From Candidatus Eiseniibacteriota bacterium (GTDB lineage: Bacteria > Eisenbacteria > RBG-16-71-46), in contig CAVSAC010000010.1 of assembly GCA_963725865.1 (NCBI GenBank), positions 256,001 through 320,000 of the forward strand: 64,000 nucleotides of DNA, given 5' to 3'. The notes beneath the pieces were generated by a model. That model ran no database searches, was not told where the DNA came from, and saw only the letters and a program-made list of their open reading frames with translations. The position numbers were made by a program, and so were the translations under genes. Of this stretch, positions 1 through 10,605 are shown in pieces. Numbering within the stretch: the first letter of the stretch is position 1; each line of letters starts with the position of its first letter.

Positions 1-77
1 GCCGGCGCGGCCACGAACGCCGCGCCGCACGCGACGACGACGAGGATGAGCCCCGCCAGAATCTTACCGGTTCGCAT
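1..77 (-). CDS. 5' end of a secreted protein, probably the type IV pilus secretin PilQ (runs off the window)
   Basis: ATG at 77 with RBS AAGGGAG; translates MRTGKILAGLILVVVACGAAFVAAP (signal peptide). PilQ identity is inferred only from position after pilMNOP. Confidence 0.55.
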   Translation of the reverse strand, partial: MRTGKILAGLILVVVACGAAFVAAP

Positions 78-744
78 TGGAGTCTCCCTTTCGAGTCAGC
101 GGGATCGCCACCGACTGAGACTGACCATCCACCGTCAGGTTCACGAGCATCTTGTCCCGCTTCATACCTTCGACGAAACCGTTCATCACCTTGTCCCCCT
201 GTCGAAGGACGAGGCTGTTGCCACGGGCGTCCTCGCAGAGCGCGAACCGATCATCCGCACCCCACACGATGCCCACGACCTTGAGCCCGCCGATGTCGGC
301 CGGCGCGTCACCACCCATGTCCTGGCCCACGAACGAGCCACCCATGAGCGGCTGGAACGGATCGCGGCGGCCCAGCGCGTTGTACTGGTAGGTGAGGCGC
401 TCGTCGAGATGCGCGAGCGGCTCCACACCCTGACCCTGACGCGGCACCGGGCGCAGCGGCGACATCGCCGCCGCCGCCTGGGCGCTGGTCGTCGCGCCCG
501 GCTGCGGTGCGACCGCCTTCGCCGACGCGGGCTTGACGGGGACGGCGCTCTTCGGAGCCGGCGCCGTCCGGGCCGGCGCCTTCGCGGGCGCGGCCGCCAT
601 CGCGGCGCTCGGATCCATCCACTCGCCGGCCGTGCGCAGCGCCAGCGTGAGGGCTGCGCCCATCACGAGGCCGGTCACGACCAGGCCGGTGAGGATGCGG
701 ACATCCTCGCGGCTCACGAGCGCGTGCTTACGACTTGCGCGCAT
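64..744 (-). CDS. pilP: Type IV pilus assembly protein PilP-like
   Basis: N-terminal TM, Ala/Pro linker, YNALGRRDPFQPL motif, LKVVGIVWG beta domain; follows pilO. Confidence 0.8.
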   Translation of the reverse strand: MRASRKHALVSREDVRILTGLVVTGLVMGAALTLALRTAGEWMDPSAAMAAAPAKAPARTAPAPKSAVPVKPASAKAVAPQPGATTSAQAAAAMSPLRPVPRQGQGVEPLAHLDERLTYQYNALGRRDPFQPLMGGSFVGQDMGGDAPADIGGLKVVGIVWGADDRFALCEDARGNSLVLRQGDKVMNGFVEGMKRDKMLVNLTVDGQSQSVAIPLTRKGDSNANR

Positions 745-1378
745 TCGCCCCTCCCTTGCCGTTGCCCGGCGCCGCCGCCGCCGGCGCCACTGCCGGCGCC
801 GCGGGGGCCGTGTTCAGGCTGTACGCCGAGGCGGTGAACTCCACCGCCGTGGTCTGGTAGTCGTCACCCTTGGCGTTCGACTTCATCCGCAGGTTCGAGA
901 CGGTGATGATGCGGCGCAGGTTGGCGAGCTCCGCGAGGAACGAGCCGACCTGGTGGTAGCCGCCGTACACGGACAGCTGCAGCGGCAGCTCCGTGTAGTA
1001 CTGCTCGGCCTTGGTGCCCGACGGGCGGAAGGCCATGAACTCGACGCCGGTCTGCTGGGCGGCGAGCGTGATCTTGCGCAGCAGCACCGGCAGCTGCTTG
1101 TCGGCCGGAAGCAGCTCCGCCGCGAGCGCCCAGCGCTGGTGCAAGGTCTCGTACTCCGCTTCGAAACGCGGCAGGTCCGCGACCGTGGCGCGCGCGCGTG
1201 CCAGCTCGGTCGACTTCTGTTCGTAGTCCGACTTCAGCGAGTTCAGCTTCTCGTTCTGGTTCGGGTAGCTGAACGGCAGGAAGTGAGTGAAGAAGAAGAC
1301 CGCGAGCAGCCCGCCCGACAGCAGGACGCTCAGGATCAGCTTCTGGATCGTGGGACTCTTCAGATCGAAGTTCGCCAT
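728..1378 (-). CDS. pilO: Type IV pilus assembly protein PilO
   Basis: TM + coiled coil, LLP..KQLPVLL and YYTELPLQLSVYGGYHQVGSFLAELANLRRII motifs. Confidence 0.92.
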   Translation of the reverse strand: MANFDLKSPTIQKLILSVLLSGGLLAVFFFTHFLPFSYPNQNEKLNSLKSDYEQKSTELARARATVADLPRFEAEYETLHQRWALAAELLPADKQLPVLLRKITLAAQQTGVEFMAFRPSGTKAEQYYTELPLQLSVYGGYHQVGSFLAELANLRRIITVSNLRMKSNAKGDDYQTTAVEFTASAYSLNTAPAAPAVAPAAAAPGNGKGGANARKS

Positions 1379-1387
1379 GGCGCCCCC

Positions 1388-1957
1388 CTAGTTCGCCGGC
1401 TCGTCCGGCGTCACCTGACAGCTGACGCGGAACCGCACGACATCGCGGTCGCCGATGGCGCCCCGCTCCGCGACCTCGAGCTCGACGCCTGCGAACATCG
1501 GCGAGCGCTCGAGACGCGACATGAAGTCCGAGACCACGAGATTCGAGTAGGTGACCCCCTCCAGCTGCAGGCCGCTTCCCGCATCCTGCGTCGCTCCCGT
1601 CAGCCAGAGGTGGTCGGGCACACAGCGAGCCAGCTCATCCATGAGCCGCACGCTCTGCGTACGCCCCTTTTCCAGCCGGCTGATGATGCCCAGCCGGAGG
1701 TCCAGCTCCGCCCGCTCCTGGGCGAGACGCTGGACGCGTTCGATCTGCGGCGCGAGCGCGCGCGACTGCGCTTCGACGTCCGCGATGGACTTGTCGAGGT
1801 TGGCGATCCGCATCCGCTGCGAGACCGCCGTACCGGCGATGACGAGCCCGGCCGCCGCGAGCATCGCGACCGGCACGACCAGGTCGCCGACCTTGAAGGT
1901 CATCGCGGGCTTCCGCTGGGTCTTGCCCTCCCGAGGAAGCAGATTGACGCGGATCAT
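1388..1957 (-). CDS. pilN: Type IV pilus assembly protein PilN
   Basis: Starts MIRVNLLP (PilM-binding INLLP motif); ATGA overlap with pilM stop. Confidence 0.92.
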   Translation of the reverse strand: MIRVNLLPREGKTQRKPAMTFKVGDLVVPVAMLAAAGLVIAGTAVSQRMRIANLDKSIADVEAQSRALAPQIERVQRLAQERAELDLRLGIISRLEKGRTQSVRLMDELARCVPDHLWLTGATQDAGSGLQLEGVTYSNLVVSDFMSRLERSPMFAGVELEVAERGAIGDRDVVRFRVSCQVTPDEPAN

Positions 1958-3009
1958 TTCTTGTCCCCCAGACGGCGCAGGGCGAGTCCGATGCCCACCG
2001 TCAGAAGCGGCGCCACCTTCATGACGTCCTGTCCCGCGAACAGCGCCGGGTCGTACCCGACGCGGGCCAGCGGATTGGCGATCTCCGCCGGGATGCCGAA
2101 CCGGCGGTTGAGGAACTCCGACACGCCCGGCGTCATCGAGCTGCCACCGCACAGCATGATGCGCGTGAGCGGACCGGCCTCGCCGGCGGTGCGCAGGTAG
2201 GCCTGCGCGCGCTCGAGCGCGGTGGCCAGGCCCTCGCACGCCTGCTCGATGACGGGCGTGATCTCGAGGCTGCCGCCCGACTCGCCGCGCACCGCAGCCG
2301 CGGCCTCGGCCTGGCTGAGGTTGAACTTGCGCATCGCGCCCTCGATGAAGCTGTCCCCGCCGACCTGGAGGTCCTTGGTGAAGTAGGGCACGCCGGCCTG
2401 GGTGATGTTGATGTTGGTGATCTCGGAGCCGATGTTCAGGATCGCGATCACCTCTTCGGGCGCGAAGTCGTAGTTCGCTTCCAGCGCGTTCTGGGCCGCG
2501 AACGAGTCGACGTCCACGATCAGGGGCGAGAGCCCGGCCTCGCGGATCAGGTCGCTGAAGGACATCACCATGTCCTTCTTGGCCGCCACCAGGAGCACCT
2601 GCATCTGCTTCGGGTCGCTCGGGGCAGGGCCCAGGATCTCGAAGTCGAGCGACACGTCGTTGATGTCGTAGGGGACGTGCTGCTCGGCTTCCCAGTAGAC
2701 CGCCTGCTGGGCGTCCTCGGCCGACAGCTTGTTCATCGTGATCTTCTTGACGATGACCGCGCGGCCGCTCACCGCCGCGACGACGCTCTTCGACTTGATC
2801 CCACGCGACTCGAGCAGGTTCGAGATCGCGTCCGTCACCAGCTGGCGGTCCATGATCTCGCCGTCCACGATCGCCTCGGCGAGCGGAGCGGAGATCCCCC
2901 AGTTGGTGAGGCGGTAGGACTTGTTCGACTGGAGTTCGAGCTCCACCGCTTTGACGGTGTGGCTCCCGATGTCCAGCCCCACGAGGGACTGCTTCTTCCC
3001 GAAGAGCAT
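1954..3009 (-). CDS. pilM: Type IV pilus assembly protein PilM
   Basis: VGLDIGSHTVKAVEL N-terminus, EAEQHVPY, C-terminal VGIGLALR. Confidence 0.95.
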   Translation of the reverse strand: MLFGKKQSLVGLDIGSHTVKAVELELQSNKSYRLTNWGISAPLAEAIVDGEIMDRQLVTDAISNLLESRGIKSKSVVAAVSGRAVIVKKITMNKLSAEDAQQAVYWEAEQHVPYDINDVSLDFEILGPAPSDPKQMQVLLVAAKKDMVMSFSDLIREAGLSPLIVDVDSFAAQNALEANYDFAPEEVIAILNIGSEITNINITQAGVPYFTKDLQVGGDSFIEGAMRKFNLSQAEAAAAVRGESGGSLEITPVIEQACEGLATALERAQAYLRTAGEAGPLTRIMLCGGSSMTPGVSEFLNRRFGIPAEIANPLARVGYDPALFAGQDVMKVAPLLTVGIGLALRRLGDKK

Positions 3010-3136
3010 GTATTCACACTCCCTGTTTGCGATCCGCGACGCGGGGTCCTAAACGCACGGTCGGACCGCGGGCCTGGACGTTGCTCGCGCTGCGGGCGAG
3101 CGGATTTCTGGGCCTGATTGCGGCCTGCCGTCCGTA

Positions 3137-3164
3137 GCATCGACCGCACCACGGAGCGACTTGA
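3137..3164 (-). promoter_or_regulatory. sigma28 (FliA/WhiG)-like promoter upstream of pilM
   Basis: Minus strand TCAAG-N15-GTCGATGC in the intergenic region. Confidence 0.55.
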
Positions 3165-3221
3165 GGCGATTTATCGACTTGGCCGGATGACCGTTGCGGA
3201 ATGCATGCGAAACGCGATCCG

Positions 3222-3980
3222 TCAGCGGGACTTCTGCAGCAGCACGACGGGAGTGGCGAGCCGGCTCATGGCGAGCTCGCGGCGGCCGATCGCCAGCGCC
3301 CGGCGGATCCGCTCCATCTCCCGGTCCGCGATCTCCTGCAGGTATCGGTTCTGGGATTCGCGCTTCACGCTCGACCAGAGCTCGTAGGCCACCGTCAGGT
3401 CGCCCGCGTTCTGGCGGGCGAACGCCGCGAACCGAGCCGACTGCGGGGGACCGTCGGGCTGGCGGGCCGCCTGTTCGAACATCTCGGCGGCATTGCGCAG
3501 GTCCCGGCCGCCGGTGCGCACGTAGTAGAGGAAGCCCAGCTCGAACGCCAGGTGGCCGCTGCGCGGGTTCGCTTCCAGGCCCTTGAACATGAGGGCCTCG
3601 GCGCGCGGGAAGTCCCGACCCTCCTGCGCCAGCGCGAAGGCCCCGAACACGTACGCCGGAGTGAAGTGCGGGGCGAGGGAGGTGAGGATCTCGAACACGT
3701 GCCCCATGCGGACGAAGCGGTTGTCGGTCGCGCGGTGCTCGCCGTAGTACTGGACGGCCCGCAGCCACGCCATGTCGGCCGCGGTCTCGGCGTGGCCCAG
3801 GGTCGCGGGGCGCAGGAATTGCCCGGACGGGTAGTACGACAGCTCCTCGAGCGGCCGCGGATGCGGCAACACGGTCCATCCGACGCGCGCGAGCGTGACC
3901 GCCCCGAGGCCGAGCAGTAGCGCGACTCCCCAGGCGGCCAGCAGCCGCGTGCGCCAGGCGGGCAGGGCGGGCAGGCGCAT
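3222..3980 (-). CDS. Membrane-anchored TPR protein (PilG/XapA-like accessory of the pilin ABC module)
   Basis: ATG 3980 overlaps upstream TGA; TM helix, then [13 protein letters not shown] and TPR-like helices. Confidence 0.7.
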   Translation of the reverse strand: MRLPALPAWRTRLLAAWGVALLLGLGAVTLARVGWTVLPHPRPLEELSYYPSGQFLRPATLGHAETAADMAWLRAVQYYGEHRATDNRFVRMGHVFEILTSLAPHFTPAYVFGAFALAQEGRDFPRAEALMFKGLEANPRSGHLAFELGFLYYVRTGGRDLRNAAEMFEQAARQPDGPPQSARFAAFARQNAGDLTVAYELWSSVKRESQNRYLQEIADREMERIRRALAIGRRELAMSRLATPVVLLQKSR

Positions 3981-4744
3981 CACTTGAAGTCGCGGCTCTC
4001 GAACGCCGCTGCCCCGAGCGCCAGCGCGCAGCCCGCGTAGAGTGCGGCGTAGAGCGTGGCGATCCCGAGATGCTCGAACGACGTGCACTGCCCGGTGGCC
4101 GCCAGCGTGCGCATGTTGAACAGCGGAAGGTTCGGCAGCAGATCCGCTGCGAACCGGAGCGGACCCGCGAGGCCGGAGGGAAACTTCAGCGCCAGCTCGC
4201 GCAGGTCGTAGGACCACTGCCCGGCGAGGAAGAGCCCCAGGGTGTAGAGCGCCGACAGCACCGGCGTCGAAAGGGCCGAGAACAGCACCGCGATCGCCGT
4301 CACCACCGCGAGCTCGAGCGCGGCGAGATACGTAGCCTGCGCCAGCGACGCGCCGTAGGCCCCCTGGCCCCGCAGCCCGAGCACCAGCCACAGCGCCAGC
4401 CCCAGCGCGGCCGCCACCGACCAGAGCGCGGCGGTCAGCCCGGCCCACTTGCCGAGCAGGTAGGCCGGGCGCGCGATCGGACGCGACAGCAGGTTGTAGA
4501 TGGTCCGCCGCTCGATCTCCTTGGCGACCAGGTTGGTGCCGACCAGCAGGACCACCAGCAGTCCGAGCATCGAGATCGCGCTCAGGCCGAGGTCCACCGT
4601 CAGGCGCGTGCCCTCACCGAGCGCGAGCGGGCTCGCCACCTGCGTGAGTACCAGCAGCCCGATGCCGGCGATCGTGACGCCCGTCAGGACGCGATCGCGC
4701 GTGGCCTCGAGATAGGTGTTGCGCGCGACGAGCGCCGCGGTCAT
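3980..4744 (-). CDS. ABC-2 type transporter permease (PilI-like)
   Basis: [41 protein letters not shown] motif; multiple TMs; ends FESRDFK. Confidence 0.88.
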   Translation of the reverse strand: MTAALVARNTYLEATRDRVLTGVTIAGIGLLVLTQVASPLALGEGTRLTVDLGLSAISMLGLLVVLLVGTNLVAKEIERRTIYNLLSRPIARPAYLLGKWAGLTAALWSVAAALGLALWLVLGLRGQGAYGASLAQATYLAALELAVVTAIAVLFSALSTPVLSALYTLGLFLAGQWSYDLRELALKFPSGLAGPLRFAADLLPNLPLFNMRTLAATGQCTSFEHLGIATLYAALYAGCALALGAAAFESRDFK

Positions 4745-5763
4745 GCCGACCTCCGCGCGGGATCCGTTCCATGGGCGGCCAGCGCATCGGACAGGAACAG
4801 CTCCTCGAGGCTCGAACGCTGCGGCGTCACCGCGCGGACGGGCACGCGACTGCGCAGCAGCCACGCCAGCGTCTCGTCGAGGCGCGTGCCGGAGGCGAGC
4901 GTGAACACGGTGGCCTCGGGGCGCTCGGTGCGCGCGAGAACGTCGCCGAGTCCGGCCGGGATCTCGATGAGGCCGAGCCGCTCGCACACGATCTCGACCG
5001 CGGTCGGACGGTCGGCGACCAGCTCGCCGACGGTCGCGACCCGCGTCAGCCGACCGGCCACGATGATGGCCGCGCGATCGCACAGCATCTCGACGTCCGG
5101 GAGGATGTGCGAGGAGAACAGCACCGTGGTGCCGCGCTCGTGCTGCTCGAGGATGAGGTCGCGCACCTCGCGGCGTCCGATCGGGTCGAGTCCGCTCATC
5201 GGCTCGTCGAGGATCAGGAGCTCGGGCGAGTGCACCAGGGCGGCCGCCAGCCCGAGACGCTGGAGCATCCCCTTCGAGTACTTGCGCAGCACCAGGCGCG
5301 GACGGTCCCCGAGCCCCACGCGGCCCAGCCAGTGCGACGCGGCGGCGTGCGCCTCGCGCCCGCCGAGACCCGACATGCGAGCCGCGAACTCCAGGTACTC
5401 GGTGCCATTGAGGTAGTCGTAGAAATAGGGTTGCTCGGGCAGGAAGCCGAGCGCGCGCCGGCTGGCCACCGAATCGATCGGGATTCCCAGCAGCCACGCA
5501 TGTCCGGCGGTGGGCTTGAGCAGGCCGGTGAGCAGCTTGAGCGTGGTGGTCTTCCCGGCGCCGTTGGGGCCCAGGTAGCCCATCACCTCGCCCCGCCGGA
5601 CCTCGAAGTCGAGCGGCTCGAGGCCGTGAACCACCCGGAGCGTCCAGGAGCTGCGATAGTGCTTGGTGAGACCGCGAGCACAGACGGCCAGGCTGGGGTC
5701 CGGGCGGGCGTCCGCTCCTGCATCGCGCTCAATCGCTGATCGGTGTGGATGAGAATCGTTCAC
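4741..5763 (-). CDS. ABC transporter ATP-binding protein (PilH-like)
   Basis: Walker [10 protein letters not shown], signature YSKGMLQR, Walker B LILDEP; start uncertain (GTG 5763 or ATG 5805). Confidence 0.9.
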   Translation of the reverse strand: MNDSHPHRSAIERDAGADARPDPSLAVCARGLTKHYRSSWTLRVVHGLEPLDFEVRRGEVMGYLGPNGAGKTTTLKLLTGLLKPTAGHAWLLGIPIDSVASRRALGFLPEQPYFYDYLNGTEYLEFAARMSGLGGREAHAAASHWLGRVGLGDRPRLVLRKYSKGMLQRLGLAAALVHSPELLILDEPMSGLDPIGRREVRDLILEQHERGTTVLFSSHILPDVEMLCDRAAIIVAGRLTRVATVGELVADRPTAVEIVCERLGLIEIPAGLGDVLARTERPEATVFTLASGTRLDETLAWLLRSRVPVRAVTPQRSSLEELFLSDALAAHGTDPARRSA

Positions 5764-5874
5764 GGTGCTCCCGGGCCGGGGTGAGGCATGGGGACATGTC
5801 CCCACGCAACCTGTTGTCGGACCGCGTCGACTGGATGCAAGCGTCGAAGCGGGACGGCTCCGGGGATTGCGGAT

Positions 5875-5890
5875 TGCAACCCATGTGCCG
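5875..5890 (-). promoter_or_regulatory. sigma54 -24/-12 promoter upstream of the ABC module
   Basis: Minus strand CGGCAC-ATGGG-TTGCA. Confidence 0.65.
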
Positions 5891-5917
5891 TCCGGGAGGA
5901 CGGCGCGGAGCCCCGGC

Positions 5918-6377
<460 letters not shown>

Positions 6378-6406
6378 CGATTCCTCCTCCCTACCAGCTA
6401 TTTCAT

Positions 6407-6422
6407 CGCAACGGGCGTGCCA
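6407..6422 (-). promoter_or_regulatory. sigma54 -24/-12 promoter of the second pilin
   Basis: Minus strand TGGCAC-GCCCG-TTGCG. Confidence 0.8.
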
Positions 6423-6699
6423 CCGCCGAGGTACAGGGCTCGAGGGCGGCAGGCGGCCCTAAGCGCATGCGGTGCAAACGCTCCCGGGATTGAGCCATCG
6501 GGCCCAGCCCGCCTTTGGGGCCCCCGCGCTTCGCACGACCGCATGCGGCGCGCAAGGATGCGTGCGTGGCGCATGGCGGCAACCTCCCGGATGCTCTGCG
6601 CGTTGGCGGCTGGCGGGACCGCGGCGGCGCCGCCGCCGAGCTCGGGCCCGCGCGTCACCCGGAACGCCGGCCACGGCGGCCGGGCTCCGCGCGCATGCC

Positions 6700-6734
6700 A
6701 AAACGCAACGAGGGCGGGATCGCTCCCGCCCTCG
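6700..6734 (-). terminator. Intrinsic terminator after pilA
   Basis: Perfect 11-bp stem CGAGGGCGGGA/TCCCGCCCTCG (6709-6734) with 4-nt loop, followed on the minus strand by TTGCGTTTT. Confidence 0.65.
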
Positions 6735-6757
6735 TGTGCAACCCGACTGCGATCGAA

Positions 6758-7198
6758 CTACTGACCGGCCGTCAGCACCAGGGCCAGCGCGGCGGACTTG
6801 CCGTGACCCTTGATGTTGTAGGTGATCGACGACGAGTCGGCATACGACGTGATGCCCGGCGTGGTGGCAGCGGCGGTCGCGAGGTTGCCATCGCCACGGT
6901 CTTCCCACGCACCGCCCGAACCAGTGCTCTGGTCGAACGGGTTCTTGAAGTTGACGCCCTGGCCCGGAAGCAGGACGTCGAGGAACGTGGCCACCGACTG
7001 CGCGTACGCACCGTCGTTCTGGACGCCGTAGTCCTCGGCCGTGAGCTGGAAGGTGTGCATGTTCGACTTCGTGCTGCCTTCCTTCGCCCGCGCCTGCATC
7101 GCGATGAAGTTCGGGATCGCGATGGCGGCGAGGATGCCGATGATGACGACCACGATCATCAGCTCGATCAGGGTGAAGCCCTTCTGAGTCTTGAACAT
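6758..7198 (-). CDS. pilA: Major type IVa pilin
   Basis: MFKTQKG|FTLIELMIVVVIIGILAAIAIPNF with Glu5; RBS AGGAGGAG; directly downstream of pilR. Confidence 0.93.
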   Translation of the reverse strand: MFKTQKGFTLIELMIVVVIIGILAAIAIPNFIAMQARAKEGSTKSNMHTFQLTAEDYGVQNDGAYAQSVATFLDVLLPGQGVNFKNPFDQSTGSGGAWEDRGDGNLATAAATTPGITSYADSSSITYNIKGHGKSAALALVLTAGQ

Positions 7199-7267
7199 GA
7201 CGTGCGCTCCTCCTGGTGGTGGACTGCCCCGGGTCTGCTCTCTCGTCCGACCCTCAACCGTGAGTGC

Positions 7268-7283
7268 TGCAACCCGTGTGCCA
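7268..7283 (-). promoter_or_regulatory. sigma54 -24/-12 promoter of pilA
   Basis: Minus strand TGGCAC-ACGGG-TTGCA, a perfect consensus match. Confidence 0.88.
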
Positions 7284-7460
7284 CTCGTGCCGATTCCGTG
7301 GCCTCCCGCCCAACCCATTCCTGGAGCGCCCGTTGCGGCGGGCCCTGCGAGGCAGCTCCGCGGCCGTAGCGGCCGAGCGGAGCGGGCAAACTTCAACCGC
7401 CCTCCTCAGCGCTTGTGCGAATCGCACGCACCGACCGAGCGCGATGCGTTCCGCACGACG

Positions 7461-8879
7461 TCATGCCGCGTGCGCCGTCCCCTCCTCGCCTCCACTCATG
7501 TCGAGCTCGTCCTCCGGATGCGCGCCGGGCTTCTCCACGCCGTAAGCGATCAGCTTGCGGTAGAGCGTGGAGGCGTTGATGCCGAGGATTTCGCTCGCGC
7601 GCTTCTTCTGCCAGCGCGTGTAGTTCAGGACCTTGAGGATGTACTCCTTCTCCAGCTCCTCCAGCGACAGCGTCGGCGAGTCGATCACCAGGCTGCCGCG
7701 ATGGCTCTGGCCGAAGCGGATCTTGTCGGGCAGATCCTCGGGGCCGATGGTGCCGCCCTCGTCGAGGATCAGCGCACGCTCCATCACGTTCTCGAGCTCG
7801 CGCACGTTGCCCGGCCAGTCGTACTTCATCAGCAGCTCCATCGCCTCTTTGTTGACCAGCTTCGCCGGGTTCTTCTCCGCGTGCCGCTTGAGGAAGTGGT
7901 CGACCAGCAGCGGAATGTCGTCGCGGCGCATGCGCAGCGGCGGGAGCTTGATCGGGATCACGTTGAGCCGGTAGAAGAGGTCGGCGCGGAAACGCCCCTC
8001 GGCGACCTCGCGTTCCAGGTCGGCATTGGTCGCGGCGACCAGCCGGCAGTCGATCTTGATCGGCTGCGTGCCGCCGACCGGGATGATCTCGCGCTCCTGC
8101 AGCGCGCGCAGCAGCTTCACCTGCGTCGCGAGCGGCATCTCGCCCACCTCGTCGAGGAAGAACGTGCCGCCCTCGGCGACCTGGAACATGCCCGCGGAGT
8201 CGCGGACCGCGCCCGTGAACGAGCCCTTCACGTGGCCGAACAGGTTGCTCTCGAGCAGGTCACGCGGGATCGCGCCGCAGTTGATGCTCACGAAGGGGCC
8301 GTTCACGCGGCGACTGCTGTAGTGCACCTCGCGGGCGATCAGCTCCTTACCGGTGCCGCTCTCGCCCTGGATCATGATGGTGGCCTCGCTGTCGGCGACC
8401 TTCTCCACCATCTTGAACACCCGCACCATCTCGTCCGAGGAGCCGATGATGACCTTCTCCTCGTGGCCCTTCTTGAGCTCGCGCTTGAGGTACTGGTTCT
8501 CGACCCGCACCTTGCGCATCTCGATCGCGTTGCGAACCACCAGCTTGATCTCGTCGTTCTTCGCGTTCTTGATCAGGTACTGGAAGGCGCCCAGGTTGAC
8601 CGCATCGATCGCCGACTGCTGCGAGGCGTAGGCGGTCATGATGAGCACGGGCAGCGAGGGATCGTGCTTCTTGATCCCCTGGAGCAGCTGGATGCCGTCC
8701 ATCCCGGGCATCTTGATGTCGGTGATGACGACGTCGAACGCCTCGGCCTTGACCCGCTCGAGCGCTTCGCGCCCGTTGCTCACCGCCGTGACCTGGTATC
8801 CCTCCTTGCGGAGCACGATGCTCAGGAACTGCGTCATGCTCTGCTCGTCGTCCACCACCAGGATGCGTTCCGCGGGCAT
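7461..8879 (-). CDS. pilR: sigma54-dependent response regulator PilR (NtrC family)
   Basis: Receiver domain, GESGTGKE, GSFTGA, WPGNVRELEN, Fis-type HTH. Confidence 0.92.
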   Translation of the reverse strand: MPAERILVVDDEQSMTQFLSIVLRKEGYQVTAVSNGREALERVKAEAFDVVITDIKMPGMDGIQLLQGIKKHDPSLPVLIMTAYASQQSAIDAVNLGAFQYLIKNAKNDEIKLVVRNAIEMRKVRVENQYLKRELKKGHEEKVIIGSSDEMVRVFKMVEKVADSEATIMIQGESGTGKELIAREVHYSSRRVNGPFVSINCGAIPRDLLESNLFGHVKGSFTGAVRDSAGMFQVAEGGTFFLDEVGEMPLATQVKLLRALQEREIIPVGGTQPIKIDCRLVAATNADLEREVAEGRFRADLFYRLNVIPIKLPPLRMRRDDIPLLVDHFLKRHAEKNPAKLVNKEAMELLMKYDWPGNVRELENVMERALILDEGGTIGPEDLPDKIRFGQSHRGSLVIDSPTLSLEELEKEYILKVLNYTRWQKKRASEILGINASTLYRKLIAYGVEKPGAHPEDELDMSGGEEGTAHAA

Positions 8880-8916
8880 GTCGTCCACCTCTCTCCGGGG
8901 GTTCAATGGGGGACCG

Positions 8917-10605
8917 TCAGGCGGCCTGAGCCACCGCGGCCTGGACGGGCTCGGCACAGGCCAGCGACACCCTTGCGATCGTGCCTCGCCCGCGCACGCT
9001 CTCGTAGCGCAGCGTGCCGCCATGGCGTTCCACGATGCGCAGGGCGATCGCCACACCCAGGCCGGTCCCCCCCTCCTTGGTCGTGAAGAACGGCTGTCCG
9101 ATCCGCGGCAGATCGTCCGCGGCGACGCCGGATCCCTCGTCTTCGAATTCCACCGCCACCTGGTCCCGGCCCACGTCGCGCCACCGCACCGTCAGCGTGC
9201 CCGCTTCGGGCATCGCCTCGAGCGCGTTCGTGACCAGGTTCAGCCATACCTGTCGCATCTGCTCGCGGTCCGCCTGGATCGTCCGCGGAGCGGCTCCGGG
9301 CTCGAGCCGCACGACCACGCCGGGCGCCCGGCGCGGATCGCGGCTCACCACCTGGACCAGTTCGCCCAGCGTGTCCCCGAGGTCCAGCGTCTCCAACGCG
9401 AGGTCGCGTTCGCGCGAGTACGTCAGGAGGTCGGAGACGAACCGGTTGAGCCGGTTGCACTCCGTCGTGATGAGGTCCATGAGCACGGCGCTCTCGCCCG
9501 TGAGCTTCAGTTCACGCTGCAGGTACTCCACCGAGCCGCTGATCGGCTTCAGGCCGTTGCGCAGCTCGTGCGCGATGCCGGCCGCGAGCGCCCCGACCTC
9601 GGCCAGGGTCTCGTTGCGACGCACGCGCCGCTCCATCTCCCGCACCTCGGTCAGGTCCTGGAACACCGCCACCACGCCGGTCACGGCGTTGTCGTGGGTC
9701 AGCAGGCTGGTCGACATCCCGACCGGCAGCGGACGATCCGTCGCGGTGCGCATCTGCAGCTCCGCGCGCACCCGCGAGCGCGCCAGCGTGCGCGACTCCT
9801 CGATGTGCTCGCGCAGCGGGGCGAGGCGATCCGGCAGCGCCTCGGCCAGCGCGCGTCCGCGCACGGCGAGCGAGCGCACCCCGAGCATCTGCTCCGCGGC
9901 CGGATTCAGGTACGCGATCCGCCCCTGAGCGTCCACGGTCAGCACTCCGGAATTCAGGTGGCGCAGGATCGCGTCGTTGTCGAGCCGCACGCGGTCGAGC
10001 TCGCGCGCGGTGTGCTCGAGGTGATCGCGGGTGCGCTGCACGCGGTCGCCGAGCACCCCGGCCAGCACGCCGACCATGCCGAGGAACGGGAACAGCAGCA
10101 TCGGCCCCGGCAGCGTCGAGAGGCCCGCATCGCCGCCCATCCCGAACATCGACTCCAACCACGGCAGCGCGATGATCGCGCCCCACCCGCCCACGGCGGC
10201 GAACAGTCCGCCCGGAACCCGCCCGAGCAGACCGCCGGCGATCGCCACCAGGGCGTAGAACATCACGAACTGGCTGGCGCGCCCGCCGGTGAAGCCGGCG
10301 AGCGCCGTCACGAGTGCGAGGTCGGCCAGCAGCTGCAGGTACACCTGCACCGTGTAGCCCCGGCGCAGGCGCACCCCGAAGCCGAACAGCGCGGACGCCA
10401 CCCCCAGCGCCATCAGGGCGCCGCCCAGCAGCCACCAGGCGTTCGTCGGCGCGTCCGGGCGGAGCAGGATCCCGATCGGCAGCGCGAGCGAAGCGATCAC
10501 CAGCCGCGAGCGCAGGACGGACTCCAGGCCCTTCCAGCGGTCGGAAATGACCGCGGTGGACCCGGGCGTCGCCGCGCCGGGTGGGAGGTCGCGGGCGAGC
10601 TTCAT
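8917..10605 (-). CDS. pilS: Sensor histidine kinase PilS
   Basis: Multi-TM N-terminus, PAS domain, AHELRN H-box, FFTTKEGGTGLG; ATGA overlap with pilC. Confidence 0.9.
   Translation of the reverse strand: MKLARDLPPGAATPGSTAVISDRWKGLESVLRSRLVIASLALPIGILLRPDAPTNAWWLLGGALMALGVASALFGFGVRLRRGYTVQVYLQLLADLALVTALAGFTGGRASQFVMFYALVAIAGGLLGRVPGGLFAAVGGWGAIIALPWLESMFGMGGDAGLSTLPGPMLLFPFLGMVGVLAGVLGDRVQRTRDHLEHTARELDRVRLDNDAILRHLNSGVLTVDAQGRIAYLNPAAEQMLGVRSLAVRGRALAEALPDRLAPLREHIEESRTLARSRVRAELQMRTATDRPLPVGMSTSLLTHDNAVTGVVAVFQDLTEVREMERRVRRNETLAEVGALAAGIAHELRNGLKPISGSVEYLQRELKLTGESAVLMDLITTECNRLNRFVSDLLTYSRERDLALETLDLGDTLGELVQVVSRDPRRAPGVVVRLEPGAAPRTIQADREQMRQVWLNLVTNALEAMPEAGTLTVRWRDVGRDQVAVEFEDEGSGVAADDLPRIGQPFFTTKEGGTGLGVAIALRIVERHGGTLRYESVRGRGTIARVSLACAEPVQAAVAQAA

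Noticed and set aside
6758..7198. PilA as an electrically conductive (Geobacter-type) e-pilin
   Set aside because: Full-length pilin (~139 aa mature) lacking aromatics at positions 27 and 32.
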